64,000 bases of DNA, from contig OZ245777.1 of assembly GCA_965227775.1 (NCBI GenBank), positions 2,496,001 through 2,560,000 of the forward strand, given 5' to 3'. Position 1 is the stretch's first letter; every line of letters starts with the position of its first letter. Below are positions 38,268-48,786 of the stretch, piece after piece. The position numbers and the translations under genes are program-made. The notes beneath the pieces were generated by a model that saw only the letters and a list, made by a program, of their open reading frames with translations, searched no databases and had not been told where the DNA came from. Origin of the DNA: Phycisphaerales bacterium (GTDB taxonomy: Bacteria; Planctomycetota; Phycisphaerae; Phycisphaerales; UBA1924).

Positions 38268-38951
38268 ATGTCCCAGAAGCGGTTGTTCATGGCCATCGTC
38301 GTGGTGGCGATCATCTTCCTCGGCCTCGTGGGTACGCTCATCATGATGCGCCCGCGCGTGGTGACCGATGCCGAACTGAAGGACGTGGCCAGCGATCCGC
38401 TTCAGCCGGACGAGATGCTGGTTGGTTACTCAATCCCCGAGTTCGTGCTGACGAACCAGGACGGCCAGGCGGTAAGTGAGTCGATCCTTGACGGCGAGAT
38501 CACGATCCTTGCCTTCATCTTTACAAACTGTCCGTTTGCGTGCCCGGGTATGACCGGACAGATGCTGCAGCATCAGGCCGCCCTCGAGGGCACCGGCGTG
38601 CGGTTCTTGAGCATCAGCGTGGACCCCGACAACGACACGCCCGAAGTCCTCAAGGCCTACGGCGAGCGCAACGGCATGGACTTCGGCCGTTGGAATCTAC
38701 TCACCGGGCCGTTCGAGGATGTCCGTTCGATCGTGAGAGACAGCCTCAACTTTTTCGTGGGCGAGGATGCGAGTCGCCAGATCACGCTGGCTGATGGCAG
38801 CACCATGAACAACGTGAGCCACCCTTCGCATCTCATCCTCGTCGGCCCCGAGCGCGAAGTGCTGGGCATCTACTTGTACTACGAAACCGATCGCATGACG
38901 GCGCTTCGTGGTCGCGCGCGAGCCGCAGCGCGTGGAATCGACAATCACTAG
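38268..38951 (+). CDS. SCO1/SenC family copper chaperone
   Basis: N-terminal TM, FIFTNCPFACP (CxxxC), ISVDPDNDTPE and conserved His. Confidence 0.92.
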   Translation: MSQKRLFMAIVVVAIIFLGLVGTLIMMRPRVVTDAELKDVASDPLQPDEMLVGYSIPEFVLTNQDGQAVSESILDGEITILAFIFTNCPFACPGMTGQMLQHQAALEGTGVRFLSISVDPDNDTPEVLKAYGERNGMDFGRWNLLTGPFEDVRSIVRDSLNFFVGEDASRQITLADGSTMNNVSHPSHLILVGPEREVLGIYLYYETDRMTALRGRARAAARGIDNH

Positions 38952-40471
38952 GTCGTTGCTGGATCGGCGGGCCCGCGAGCGATGTGCTCGCTCGTGCGCT
39001 TCATGCCGCTCAACATGCCGTTGAAGACGAAGTGGTGTAGCGGCAGCACCGAGTACCAGTACGCCAGGCCAAGCAGGCCCTTCGGCTTGAACCGCGCCGT
39101 CATGTGCAGGGTGCTGCCTTCCCCCGACTCGTCCGGATCGATGCAGAACTCCAGCGCGGCTTGCCCGGGAAGCCGCATCTCTGCGAGCAGATGGAGACGG
39201 CGGGGGCTATCGACAGCAATGACGCGCCAGAAGTCGAGCGCCTCGCCGTAGGCGACTTCTTGCGGGTGACGGCGGCCGCGTCGCAGCCCAGGGCCGCCCA
39301 CGATCTTGTCCATCCAGCCACGGATGCGCCAGAGGATGTCGGCGGCGTACCAGCCATGCCCTCCACCCACGCGGCACACGGCCTGAAAGACCGCCTCGGG
39401 CGGAGCAGCGATCTCGCACTGACGGGCATCGATGAAGACTCGGCCACCAGCCCAATCCGGATCGCCCTCGACGACGCCCGCCGACGACCACGAGGTTTCG
39501 ACCTCGGCAAGGCTGGTGCGCTTGAGTGCGAGGTGAATTGCCTGCTCAGGCGTGCGCGGGTTGTGGGGCATGGCCTCGCGAACGTCGTTCTCGCGCACGA
39601 CGACGGGGTTGCGTAGGCCCTCGGCAAGCGGGCGGCCGATGCGGGCGCTCACTGGCGTGACCAAGCCGATCCAGCGGCTGCTGAGCTCCGGAGTGAGCAC
39701 GGGCACGGGAATGACGAGTCGACGCGGGAGCCCTAGCTCCTCGGCCATCGTCCGCATGAGCTGGTTGTACGTCCGCACGCCGTCGCCGCCAACCTCGTAC
39801 GTCTTGCCGGCAGTGTTGGGTTCTCGCATGCAGCGGATAAGCCAATGCAGAACGTCGGAGATCGCGACCGGCTGGCACTCAGTGCTCACCCACTTTGGAG
39901 TGACCATGATCGGTAGCCGCTCTACGAGATAGCGGAGGATCTCGAACGAAGCCGAGCCCGAGCCGATGATCATCGCGGCTCGGAGCACTGTGACCGGAAC
40001 CGATCCAGCCTGCAGCACACGCTCAACCTCTCGACGTGAGCGCAAGTGGTCGCTCAGGTCCTCGCCCATCTCGCCAAGCCCGCCGAGGTACACGATTCGT
40101 TCGACTCCAGCGCGCTCGGCGGCGGCTGCGAACGAACTCGCGAGCCTTCGATCGTGTTCGGCGTACTCCCCTCCGGCTGAGATCATCGAATGGACGAGGT
40201 AGTACGCGAACCGGCAGCCACGCATCTGCTCGGCCAGCGCGTCGGTGTCCTCGATGTCGCCCCGAACGATCTCGCAGCCGTCGTCTGCAGCCCATCGGCG
40301 GCTCTCGAGCTTCCGAGGTTCCCGCGCAAGACATCGGATGAGAAAGCCCGCCTCCAAGAGCCGGGGCGCGAGCCGACCACCGATGTAGCCCGTGCCGCCG
40401 GTCAGGAAGACACGGGGAGGGCCGGGCCCTGGGACTGCGGAAGCACCAGCTTCGGAATTGGTCGTTTCCAT
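38948..40471 (-). CDS. Atypical SDR oxidoreductase with C-terminal DUF2867 (YbjT-like)
   Basis: TGGTGYIG, YYLVHSM, GSGSASFE and LDFWRV...AEMRLPG...GLAYWY motifs. Confidence 0.9.
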   Translation of the reverse strand: METTNSEAGASAVPGPGPPRVFLTGGTGYIGGRLAPRLLEAGFLIRCLAREPRKLESRRWAADDGCEIVRGDIEDTDALAEQMRGCRFAYYLVHSMISAGGEYAEHDRRLASSFAAAAERAGVERIVYLGGLGEMGEDLSDHLRSRREVERVLQAGSVPVTVLRAAMIIGSGSASFEILRYLVERLPIMVTPKWVSTECQPVAISDVLHWLIRCMREPNTAGKTYEVGGDGVRTYNQLMRTMAEELGLPRRLVIPVPVLTPELSSRWIGLVTPVSARIGRPLAEGLRNPVVVRENDVREAMPHNPRTPEQAIHLALKRTSLAEVETSWSSAGVVEGDPDWAGGRVFIDARQCEIAAPPEAVFQAVCRVGGGHGWYAADILWRIRGWMDKIVGGPGLRRGRRHPQEVAYGEALDFWRVIAVDSPRRLHLLAEMRLPGQAALEFCIDPDESGEGSTLHMTARFKPKGLLGLAYWYSVLPLHHFVFNGMLSGMKRTSEHIARGPADPATT

Positions 40472-40716
40472 CGCGGTTTGCTCCGCACGCTGCTACAGCT
40501 TGGCTCTGATCCTGGGCAACGCACCCAACCGTAGCGTGACCGGCAGGCCCAAAGGCGTCGCGCTTGCGCGCCTGATCGCTCGCCCTGCCCGCCAGAGCTG
40601 GATGGCAGGTGTGAGTATGTCGTTGCTCGTGACGTGGGCAGCGCCTTCCTCGAAGCGAACCGTGACGCGCGACGACTTCCGGCCACGCCTCACGCTTGCT
40701 TCGAGCCGGCCTGCCA

Positions 40717-40950
40717 TCAGGCGTTTGGGGCGGCTCCCCCGTTGGCGTTGTCGCGGGTACGAATGCAGATGGTGCCGTCGAGTTTCCGCGCGGCGTGGGC
40801 CGCTCGATCGCCCGTGCCGCTGGGCACGTGCACGCTGAGCTTCTCGAACTCGTAGGTGATCTCGGCTCCGCGGCCGGTCAGCCGGTCGTACAAGCCAATA
40901 GCAAGGTCGGGCCACGTCGTGGTATGGTCGGCGGTGCTGGTGGTCGTCAT
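40717..40950 (-). CDS. Small hypothetical protein (77 aa)
   Basis: GGGAG RBS; TTWPDLAIGLYDRLTGRGAEITYEF looks protein-like. Confidence 0.7.
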   Translation of the reverse strand: MTTTSTADHTTTWPDLAIGLYDRLTGRGAEITYEFEKLSVHVPSGTGDRAAHAARKLDGTICIRTRDNANGGAAPNA

Positions 40951-41151
40951 GTGTCGCTCCCAGAGATTCGGGTTGATGAATGCAGGTCCGAATTGCGCGT
41001 CGGAAGTTCCGACAGCGGATAACAGTGCGGTCGATCCAGCATCCGAGATGGCGAAAGAAGCGCTGACGCGGGTGAAAGGGGCCTTCGCGGCCCGCTTTCC
41101 CGCCATGAACGAGGGACGACCCGAATGGCGATCTTGACGTTACCATTCGAT

Positions 41152-41673
41152 ATGCACCCGACCACCGCCCACGTGCTCAAAACCTACGACTACCTCATCG
41201 CCGTGCGCACGAAGATCTTCGATGCCGCGCGCACGCTGACACCACACGACCATGCCAAAGCGTTTGATATCGGCCCAGGCTCTCTCCAGCGGACGCTCGC
41301 GCACATGGTCGGGGCCGAGTGGTACTACGTGCAGCGGTTGATCGGTGCAGAGTTGGCGACGCCGGAAGGCTGGCCGATCAACGAAGACGAGCCGCCCGGG
41401 CTCCCGGTCATCGAGGCCACTTGGACGCAACAGGCGCAGCAGACCCGCGCTGCGCTCGAGGCCGTCGATGACTGGCAAGCGGAGATTCGCTACGACGTGC
41501 CGTGGGGCGATGAGCCCCGCCGCGTGATCGCGACAGCGTCCGACCTTTTCACCCAGCTTGTGCTGCACGAGGTTCACCACAGGGCGCAGCTCTTGAACAT
41601 GCTCCGTCGCCTGGGCGCGCCCGCCGGTGATCTTGATTACAACGAGATGTGCTACCGATTCGAACCACTGTGA
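41152..41673 (+). CDS. DinB/YfiT family protein
   Basis: SLQRTLAHMVGAE and HEVHHRAQL His triad; TACCAT 5 nt before ATG 41152 (alternative start 41125). Confidence 0.88.
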   Translation: MHPTTAHVLKTYDYLIAVRTKIFDAARTLTPHDHAKAFDIGPGSLQRTLAHMVGAEWYYVQRLIGAELATPEGWPINEDEPPGLPVIEATWTQQAQQTRAALEAVDDWQAEIRYDVPWGDEPRRVIATASDLFTQLVLHEVHHRAQLLNMLRRLGAPAGDLDYNEMCYRFEPL

Positions 41674-41738
41674 CTGTTCCGGGCAGCATGGCCGTCGTCT
41701 AACATGCGGCTCGTCGTAGATGGCAAGCGGAGGCACAC

Positions 41739-44669
41739 ATGCACAAGACAACGCGTGTCACTGGAAACAGTCGCCGGACTCTCACGTTGCGAGGGGCGGC
41801 TCTTCTGAGTGCTATCTCGGCAGGGCTTTGGCTCGTGGGGTGTGGTTCGGAACAGGGTGAGAGCGCACCACCTCCGGACACGTCAAGCGCTGGAGAGGTG
41901 GCCACAAGTGCTGAAGTCGAGCCAGTAACCGAGCCACCGGTCGAGCCTGCAGAGCCAGCGGAACCGATCCGTCCCAACTTGCCAGAAGGCGAGCCGCTTC
42001 GCGCCGAGGGGATGGAGTTGCTGTGGGCAGCCTGGGGCGACAAGGAGCTCGAGCGAGTCGTTGATTCGACAGAACTTGCCCGGACTATCTTACGGGACCG
42101 CGGAAACGTGACCGCCAGCTTGTGGCGTCAATATGACAGCGAGGTGGGTGATCCTGATCCTGGCGTAGCGAAGTGGTTGACGTTCGCCATGCGCACGCCC
42201 GGCGGAGTTGTGCGAGGCGGATTGCACGACAACTCGGTTGTCTACGTCGAAGTGCCCGTCGAACTTGTTCCGCCATTCCGAGAGCAGGGCGTCTGGAAGC
42301 CCGACGAAGCCGCAAGGGCGAACGAACTTCTGGTGGGAACCTCGGCCGCAACGCCCCCGGGCGTGGTCTGGTCTCGCTGGGGGAACGACGGGGGCCGCGG
42401 CGGATGGGGGGATGCCCACGGCCCGATCTCCGAGCAGATCGCGCAAGAGAGTCGCATCTACAACAAGCGTTCGAACCTGGGCATCCCGCGACCCAACAGG
42501 ATGCGGAGCAAGACGCTGCGCTTCTTGGCGTCATTCGGCGGACAGCCGCTGGCCGGCCACCTCCGCCAGGACTCGTACCTCGATCTTGCACCTTCGCCTG
42601 AGGAAGTGAGCGAGCCCGAATACATGACATTTGGCCCAGCTGGTCCTGGCCTGCCACAAGCGGTCGCGTTGCTTGAAGGTGTATCGGCGGTGGCCGACTA
42701 TGAGCCGGTGGCCGACGGCTCGGCAGTGCTCGTGCTCGATGGCGACGGCTCGCGCGTGCTGCGAGTTGTCGGCGAGACGCTCGAAGTAGAGGCGACGCTC
42801 GAGGGTCTCGAGCCCATCTACGCCGACTTGGCGGTGGGCCTGGACGGGCAGGCATACGTCGGCGGTCCCGTCGACGGCTTCGATCGCTCGCGGCAGCCAT
42901 CGGATGGCCGCGGAAAGGTGTTGGCCTTCGATCCGGCCTCGATGTCCACGAACGGGGCACCGATTGGTGTTCGGTGCGACGTTGCTCGCTTGGGCGTGAT
43001 CGAGGGCGGTCGATTCGTGGCCCTACATGGCAGCGGCAATGGCTCGCTGATGCTCTTGGACGCTTCCTCTGGCGTCATGCTTGCCGAGGAGAGCACTTGG
43101 GGCCAACCAGACGCGATGATGGTGCACGCGGACGGCCGACGCGTGTACCTGACTGACAACAACCACCTCACGTGCCGCTGGTTTCGTGAGGACGCAATCG
43201 ATAGCGGTGGGCGCATGTTCGATGCCGTCGACTTTGTGGCCGGGCAGGTCCGTGTCAAGGGCGCGGCTGCTCTGCTGAGCGACGGCGAGCACGTGCTGTC
43301 AACCAGCGGTTCGCTGGTGAGGCTGTCAAACAGTGCGCAGCGTCATCTTCTTGGCGTTGCGGAACTCCAGGCCAACTCGGGAGGCGTGATCAGCGAGACG
43401 CTCGGCGCTCTTGTGCTGGCGGTCGACGGGGGCCTACAGCCGTATGCATGGCCCACACTCCAGCCGTTGCCCGAAAGCAGGATCAAGGGCCAACTTACTG
43501 ACTTGCGTCTCGCCCCCGGCGGCACGTTCGCGTGGGCACGGTGGCTGCCGGATGCACAATTCGGGAGAGATGGACCTACCGGGGCATCGGACAGTCTGCT
43601 GGTTCGAATCGACCTCGCCGCACTGCTACCCGATGACTTTGAGGCGCCAGTGCTGGACGTGGTGTCCGACGACGCCGACGCGACTATCGACCGGCGGCTA
43701 CCGCTGCGGACCGACCTCGCTTCCCTACTGACGCACCCGAACGGCTCGGCCCTGTTCGTGCTCGACGTCGCGAACGGGTACGTGCTGAAGCTCGATCCGG
43801 AGACTCTCGATGTCGTGCTGACAAGCGAACGTCTGCCTTTTGGCGCACGCCAGTTGGCTGTGGACCCGCGTGGCGAACGGCTTTTCGTTTCTGTGGCCCC
43901 CATGGTCTTTGGGAGCAACACGGACCGCGAGAACGGCGCGCTCGTGGCGCTCGATCCCGAGACCCTTGCCGTGCTCGGCACGCCGATCAACTTCAGGTTC
44001 GATCCGTTCGGGCTGGCGGTCAGCGGTGATGGACGCGCGTTCGTTTCGGGTGGCAGCAACCAGTGGACCGACCTCCTAGTGCTAAGCCTTGATACCGGCA
44101 CCGAACTCGGCAGGAAAGGCGGGCTGCGCCAGGGAACGTCGATCGCGCTGGCAGCCGGTGACTCGCTGCTACTGACCTCGACCAGCGGCCTCTCGCCCGC
44201 GTCGGTCGCCGGCGTCGCAATTGACACGAGCGCAAAGCCCAGCGAACTTCCGCAAATTCGCGTCGAGAACGAGCGCGCCCACGAGGGTGCGGGCGGTGCA
44301 ATCTGGGCAACTCCCGACGGTCGATTCGCTGCAGCCCGAGGTGGTGCCGTGTATGAGGTCAAGGGCGTGCGCGGCCGTCAGCAGATCGAGTACGCCGGCA
44401 AGGTCGAGACAGTCTCGGGGCTGACCAGTGCCGCCGGTCTCCTGATCATCGCCCATGAAGATGGCACGCTCATTGCGTACGAGTCGCGCGGCGTGCGACC
44501 CCGGTCGCAGGTGTTGGTGAAGGGTGTGCTTAGCGACCTGGTCGTCGATCAGCGTGGCCAACGTCTGTTCGCGATCCATCGGCCCGATGGCGGGCTGGAT
44601 CGATCCGGCCGCTCAGAAGGTGGCGGATTGGCGGACGTTGTGTCGATCGATCTGGGTGTGCTGCGATAG
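41739..44669 (+). CDS. Large lipoprotein with YncE/YVTN-like beta-propeller repeats
   Basis: GGAGG RBS, LVGC lipobox, Pro/Glu linker, repeated (LAV)DPxGxRLFV / ALDPETL blades in two blocks. Confidence 0.75.
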   Translation: MHKTTRVTGNSRRTLTLRGAALLSAISAGLWLVGCGSEQGESAPPPDTSSAGEVATSAEVEPVTEPPVEPAEPAEPIRPNLPEGEPLRAEGMELLWAAWGDKELERVVDSTELARTILRDRGNVTASLWRQYDSEVGDPDPGVAKWLTFAMRTPGGVVRGGLHDNSVVYVEVPVELVPPFREQGVWKPDEAARANELLVGTSAATPPGVVWSRWGNDGGRGGWGDAHGPISEQIAQESRIYNKRSNLGIPRPNRMRSKTLRFLASFGGQPLAGHLRQDSYLDLAPSPEEVSEPEYMTFGPAGPGLPQAVALLEGVSAVADYEPVADGSAVLVLDGDGSRVLRVVGETLEVEATLEGLEPIYADLAVGLDGQAYVGGPVDGFDRSRQPSDGRGKVLAFDPASMSTNGAPIGVRCDVARLGVIEGGRFVALHGSGNGSLMLLDASSGVMLAEESTWGQPDAMMVHADGRRVYLTDNNHLTCRWFREDAIDSGGRMFDAVDFVAGQVRVKGAAALLSDGEHVLSTSGSLVRLSNSAQRHLLGVAELQANSGGVISETLGALVLAVDGGLQPYAWPTLQPLPESRIKGQLTDLRLAPGGTFAWARWLPDAQFGRDGPTGASDSLLVRIDLAALLPDDFEAPVLDVVSDDADATIDRRLPLRTDLASLLTHPNGSALFVLDVANGYVLKLDPETLDVVLTSERLPFGARQLAVDPRGERLFVSVAPMVFGSNTDRENGALVALDPETLAVLGTPINFRFDPFGLAVSGDGRAFVSGGSNQWTDLLVLSLDTGTELGRKGGLRQGTSIALAAGDSLLLTSTSGLSPASVAGVAIDTSAKPSELPQIRVENERAHEGAGGAIWATPDGRFAAARGGAVYEVKGVRGRQQIEYAGKVETVSGLTSAAGLLIIAHEDGTLIAYESRGVRPRSQVLVKGVLSDLVVDQRGQRLFAIHRPDGGLDRSGRSEGGGLADVVSIDLGVLR

Positions 44670-44732
44670 CGACGATACCATGTTGCGGCGTCGAGCACGT
44701 ATCGGCGCTACTCAGCCGAACGGGGGCCCGTG

Positions 44733-45287
44733 ATGAAGACCAGGAACATCGCAGCGATGGCATGGCTCGCCGCTGGTACGGCCGCAATAGCGCGCCAGGA
44801 TGGTGGTGGACAAGATGCAAGCGGTGGTAGCGATGCGGCCGCGACAGCGCAGCGAGCCGCGGAGCAGACCGTTGAAGGCGCGCGGCAGGCGGCGGGTGAT
44901 GCGGCCAGATCCATCGCCCAGGCCGCAAGCGAGCTCACGGTCGGCGACGTGCTGGCGTTCGTCGTGGTCGGTGCGCTCGCGGGTGCCATCATCGGCCGCA
45001 TCTTCTCTGGCAAGATGAAGGGGTACGGGCCGGCTCTCAACATGGTCGTGGGCTTGGTTGGTGCGGCCATCGGTGGGGTGCTCTTTGCGCAGCTGGGCAT
45101 CGACTTTGACCTGGGCTCGTTCGATGTGACGTATACGAGCCTGATCGCGGCCCTCGCCGGTGCTGTACTGCTACTGGCACCTTTCGCGCTCTACAAGCGG
45201 CATCGCGAAGCGAAGAAGAAGGCCGCCGAACAGAAGAAGATCGACAAGCAAGCGCAGAAGCTGGCCGACAAGAAGGTGGCGAACTGA
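44733..45287 (+). CDS. GlsB/YeaQ/YmgE-like membrane protein with N-terminal extension and Lys-rich tail
   Basis: VVGALAGAI...NMVVGLVGAAIGG...LIAALAGAVLLL pattern; alternative GTG start at 44730. Confidence 0.8.
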   Translation: MKTRNIAAMAWLAAGTAAIARQDGGGQDASGGSDAAATAQRAAEQTVEGARQAAGDAARSIAQAASELTVGDVLAFVVVGALAGAIIGRIFSGKMKGYGPALNMVVGLVGAAIGGVLFAQLGIDFDLGSFDVTYTSLIAALAGAVLLLAPFALYKRHREAKKKAAEQKKIDKQAQKLADKKVAN

Positions 45288-45314
45288 TCGGGCCCCACGC
45301 TCGCAGAGGCTTCC

Positions 45315-45602
45315 CTAAGGCGTTGCGGGCGACAGCATCGGCCCAACCACATTCCGTAGGAGCCATATGCCCACGATGATGGCGATCGCGATACCGGCGG
45401 CGCCCCAGCTCCAGCCCAGGCCGCTCTGCCACCAGCTCCCCTTGTAGGTTCCGAGGTCGCCGCAGTCTTCGGCTTTGGGCGGTGGCCCGGCGGAAGGGCA
45501 CGGATGGTCCTCGATCACGCGTTTCGGGCGAGTTGGCGGCTCACCGCGCGGATCCACCGGCTGATGGGGCTCGTTCCGATACCCGGGGCCATCTTGCGCC
45601 AT
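45315..45602 (-). CDS. Small Pro-rich single-pass membrane protein
   Basis: C-terminal TM segment; TATCAT 5 nt before ATG; follows the SOUL gene. Confidence 0.6.
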   Translation of the reverse strand: MAQDGPGYRNEPHQPVDPRGEPPTRPKRVIEDHPCPSAGPPPKAEDCGDLGTYKGSWWQSGLGWSWGAAGIAIAIIVGIWLLRNVVGPMLSPATP

Positions 45603-45621
45603 GGGCGATGATATGGGCGGA

Positions 45622-46278
45622 TCAGCCGTCGTCCGCGACGTCGGCTTCGGCGTGGACCGGCGATGCTGGCTCGACCGGCACCTGCACCTCGCCATACCGC
45701 CAGAAGAATGGTGTGAACGGGCCGTTGTAGCCCAGGAATCGCGGTGACCCGTTCGACTGCCATTCGTCCTGGGATTCGAGCCAGGCTTCAAGGAGGCCGA
45801 GCCCACGCTCAAACTTTTTCTGGGAGTAGCCACCGCGTACGCCCACGCTCGCGTACGTCGCCGGCAAGACGTCTTCGACACGAACGAGTCCGTCGCTGCC
45901 AACGGATCCGAGATCCGGCGTGCGATACAGAAACGCCATCGACGACATCGCGTCCTGATCGCCGGTCGCGTAGCCCATGTCGACGGGCGCGGTCATCGCG
46001 ATGTCGTTGGATTTGATGTGCTGGAAGAGCGTGTTGAACATCGACCCCATGCCGCCATCGGCATCGTCGCGAGCCACGCTCGCAGCGCGGTACACCGGAT
46101 ACTCGCGGATGTGCACCTCGCCAACGGGTGTCAACTCGGGCCAGCCCTCAGGGAGCTCGGCGCTCTTGAAGTACCACACGCCCCCGCTGGTGCGTACGCA
46201 GCCAACCAGCGTGAGCACGCCTAGAGCGACCACGCTGGTAGCAACGATCGAAGCGACTCGGATCAGCTTCTTGGGCAT
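45622..46278 (-). CDS. SOUL heme-binding family protein, exported
   Basis: IREYP, FNTLFQHI, IAMTAPV, MAFLY and LGYNGP...EVQVPV motifs; GAGGAG RBS. Confidence 0.88.
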   Translation of the reverse strand: MPKKLIRVASIVATSVVALGVLTLVGCVRTSGGVWYFKSAELPEGWPELTPVGEVHIREYPVYRAASVARDDADGGMGSMFNTLFQHIKSNDIAMTAPVDMGYATGDQDAMSSMAFLYRTPDLGSVGSDGLVRVEDVLPATYASVGVRGGYSQKKFERGLGLLEAWLESQDEWQSNGSPRFLGYNGPFTPFFWRYGEVQVPVEPASPVHAEADVADDG

Positions 46279-46368
46279 GGGCTTCTCCTCGATGATCAGG
46301 CCGAGGAACGGTCTGCTGCGTGCGAGTATGCCGGGCCCTTGAAGCGGGGAATCCTTAGTCCTTCCTGC

Positions 46369-48678
46369 CTACTCCAGGACCATCTCCAGGAACGCCCACA
46401 CGTCGGCGGTTCCGGCGATCCGCTTCTCGGTGCTCGTGCCGGCGCCGTGGCCAGCGTCGCGCTCGATGCGGACCAGGATCGGGTCGGCCCCGCCCGTAGC
46501 AGCCTGGAGAGCGGCGCCGAACTTGAAGCTGTGCATGGGCACGACCCGGTCGTCGCGGTAGGCGGTCGTGACCATCGTGGCGGGGTACTTCTCGCGATGG
46601 CGGACGTTGTGATAGGGGCTGTAAGAATACAGCACCTCGAACTGCTCGGCATCGTCGGCGCTGCCGTAGTCGCTCACCCAGAAGCGGCCTGCGCTGAACT
46701 TGTGGAAGCGGAGCATGTCGAGCACGCCCACCTGCGGGATCGCGGCGCCGAAGAGTTCGGGCCGCTGGGTCATGCACGCACCCACCAGAAGGCCACCATT
46801 GCTTCCACCCTGGATTGCCGTTCGGCTGGGCACGCTATAGCCCATCTCGTGCAGGTACTCGGCCGCGGCGATGAAGTCGTCGAAGGTGTTCTGCTTCTGC
46901 AGCAAGCTGCCAGCCTCGCGCCACGGCAGTCCGTACTCGCTGCCGCCGCGGAGGTTGGCGACGGCGTAGATGTGCCCGCGTTCGAGCCACGCCACGCGGC
47001 TGGTGCTGAAGCCAGGACGCATCGGGATGCCAAAGCCGCCGTAGCCGTAGAGCAGCACCTTGCTGGAGCCATCCAGCGGCGTGCCCTTCTTCATTGTGAT
47101 GAACATGGGGATCTGCGTGCCGTCCTTGGACGGGTAGAAGACCTGGATGGTCTCGTACGGCTCGCCGTCAAAGTCGACCTCGCTCTCGCGGAAGAGCTCA
47201 CTCTCGCCGCTTGCTACGTGGTAGCGGTACGTCGTGCTGGGCTGGGCGAAGCTGCTGTAGCTGTAGTAGGTGTGGTCGTCGTTCTGGCGACCACCAAAGC
47301 CGCCGACGCTGCCCACACCTGGGAGTTCGACGGTTCGGACGAGGTCGCCCTGGGGCGTGTACACGTTCACCTCGGGCAGGACATCACGCAAGGCCTGGGT
47401 GATGATGTGCCCGCCGACCATCGAGGCGCCTTGCAGCGGAATGTCGCCTTCGGGAATGATCTCGACCCAGTTGTCTCGCGATGGATTGGCGGGATCGATG
47501 AGGACAACGCGGCCGAACGGAGCGTCGTCGGTTGTATAGACGATCAGCTTCGAATTCAGTGCATCCGGCGAGAGTGGATTTGACAGAGTTGGGCCGCCAT
47601 GGTGCGTACCCAGCACGCTATAGCGAGCCTTGAACTCCGTCACGATCGGCACGAAGCCCGCATCGTCGTTCAGGTCGTCGACGTACAACAGGTTCTGGGG
47701 CGCGGTGGTCTCGCTGCCGTAGATCAGCAGGAAGCGGCCATCGTCGGTCAGACTCGCGCCCCAGCCGCGGTTGGGGTGGTCGGGGCTCTCGTAGACGAGT
47801 TCGCCTTGCCAACCGATCGTTCCGTCATCCTGCTCTGTCATGCGATGGAAGTAGACGTTGCGGAACTCGTTCAGGCTCGTTAGCTCGGCGCTGCCGGTCG
47901 GACGCTCGGGGTAGCGGCTGTAGTAGAAGCCGCTGCCGTCCTTGGCCCAGGTGATGCCGGTGAACTTGGCTTCGATAATCTCGACGCCCAAGTCCTCGCC
48001 TGTGTCGACGTCGATGACGCGAATGGTCCGCCAGTCGCTGCCGCCCTCTTGCTCGAGGAAGGCCAGCATGGTGCCGTCCTCGCTGGGGCTCCAGCCGGCG
48101 AGGCTGTTGGTGCCCTCTTCGGTCCACGAGTTGGGATCGAGCAGCACGCGTCCGCCGCCGGCTTGGGCGACATCGAGCGATGAGGCGACGCGCAGCACGC
48201 TCTGGTTCTGCAGGCCGTCGTTGGTTGTGAAGAAGTAGCGGCCACCACGCTCCAGCGGTGTGCCGAATCGCGGGTAGTCAAGCAGCTCGGTCAGCCGCTC
48301 CTGGTAGGCCTCGCGCGAGTCGGCGTGCTGCATGACCTCGTCGAACAGCGCGTCCTGTTGGTCCGCCCACTCGATGAGGCGGGGATCGTCCGGATCCTCC
48401 ATGTATCGGTAGGGGTCGGCGACCGCGACGCCATGCAGGTCATCGACCACGTCGACGGTCGGCGCCTTGGGGTAGTCAATGACCTGCCAAGGCTCAAAGC
48501 CCTCCTGGTAGGCGTCCTCCCAGCGGACGAGCGGCATGCCGCCGCGCGATGCGGCCTCGAGCGGGCCGGCAAAGGCGTTGCGCTCGGGGCGATCGATGGT
48601 GCAGGCGGTCAACGTGGCAGCAGCGGCCAGGCCGGCGAGGCCCAGGAGTGCGCAGGACGTGGTGCGGGGAATCGGCAT
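46369..48678 (-). CDS. Prolyl oligopeptidase (S9A), lipoprotein
   Basis: DPYRYME, YGYGGF, GGSNGGLL, DDRVVP and AGHG catalytic motifs; LTAC lipobox. Confidence 0.95.
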   Translation of the reverse strand: MPIPRTTSCALLGLAGLAAAATLTACTIDRPERNAFAGPLEAASRGGMPLVRWEDAYQEGFEPWQVIDYPKAPTVDVVDDLHGVAVADPYRYMEDPDDPRLIEWADQQDALFDEVMQHADSREAYQERLTELLDYPRFGTPLERGGRYFFTTNDGLQNQSVLRVASSLDVAQAGGGRVLLDPNSWTEEGTNSLAGWSPSEDGTMLAFLEQEGGSDWRTIRVIDVDTGEDLGVEIIEAKFTGITWAKDGSGFYYSRYPERPTGSAELTSLNEFRNVYFHRMTEQDDGTIGWQGELVYESPDHPNRGWGASLTDDGRFLLIYGSETTAPQNLLYVDDLNDDAGFVPIVTEFKARYSVLGTHHGGPTLSNPLSPDALNSKLIVYTTDDAPFGRVVLIDPANPSRDNWVEIIPEGDIPLQGASMVGGHIITQALRDVLPEVNVYTPQGDLVRTVELPGVGSVGGFGGRQNDDHTYYSYSSFAQPSTTYRYHVASGESELFRESEVDFDGEPYETIQVFYPSKDGTQIPMFITMKKGTPLDGSSKVLLYGYGGFGIPMRPGFSTSRVAWLERGHIYAVANLRGGSEYGLPWREAGSLLQKQNTFDDFIAAAEYLHEMGYSVPSRTAIQGGSNGGLLVGACMTQRPELFGAAIPQVGVLDMLRFHKFSAGRFWVSDYGSADDAEQFEVLYSYSPYHNVRHREKYPATMVTTAYRDDRVVPMHSFKFGAALQAATGGADPILVRIERDAGHGAGTSTEKRIAGTADVWAFLEMVLE

Positions 48679-48786
48679 AGTGGGTTCCTCGTGGAGCCGT
48701 GGGGTCCGGAAGGGCGCGAGGCTCGCGCCGGGCGGCGTGGTCCAGCCGCACGAGTCATGTTAAGCAGCCAGAGCCCCAAACGACAT

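Noticed and set aside
46339..47583. Long antisense ORFs (also 7351-8517, 23907-25289, 49595-51010, 50004-51650, 54947-56332)
   Set aside because: Shadow frames overlapping well-supported genes, as expected in high-GC DNA with few stop codons; no recognisable motifs.
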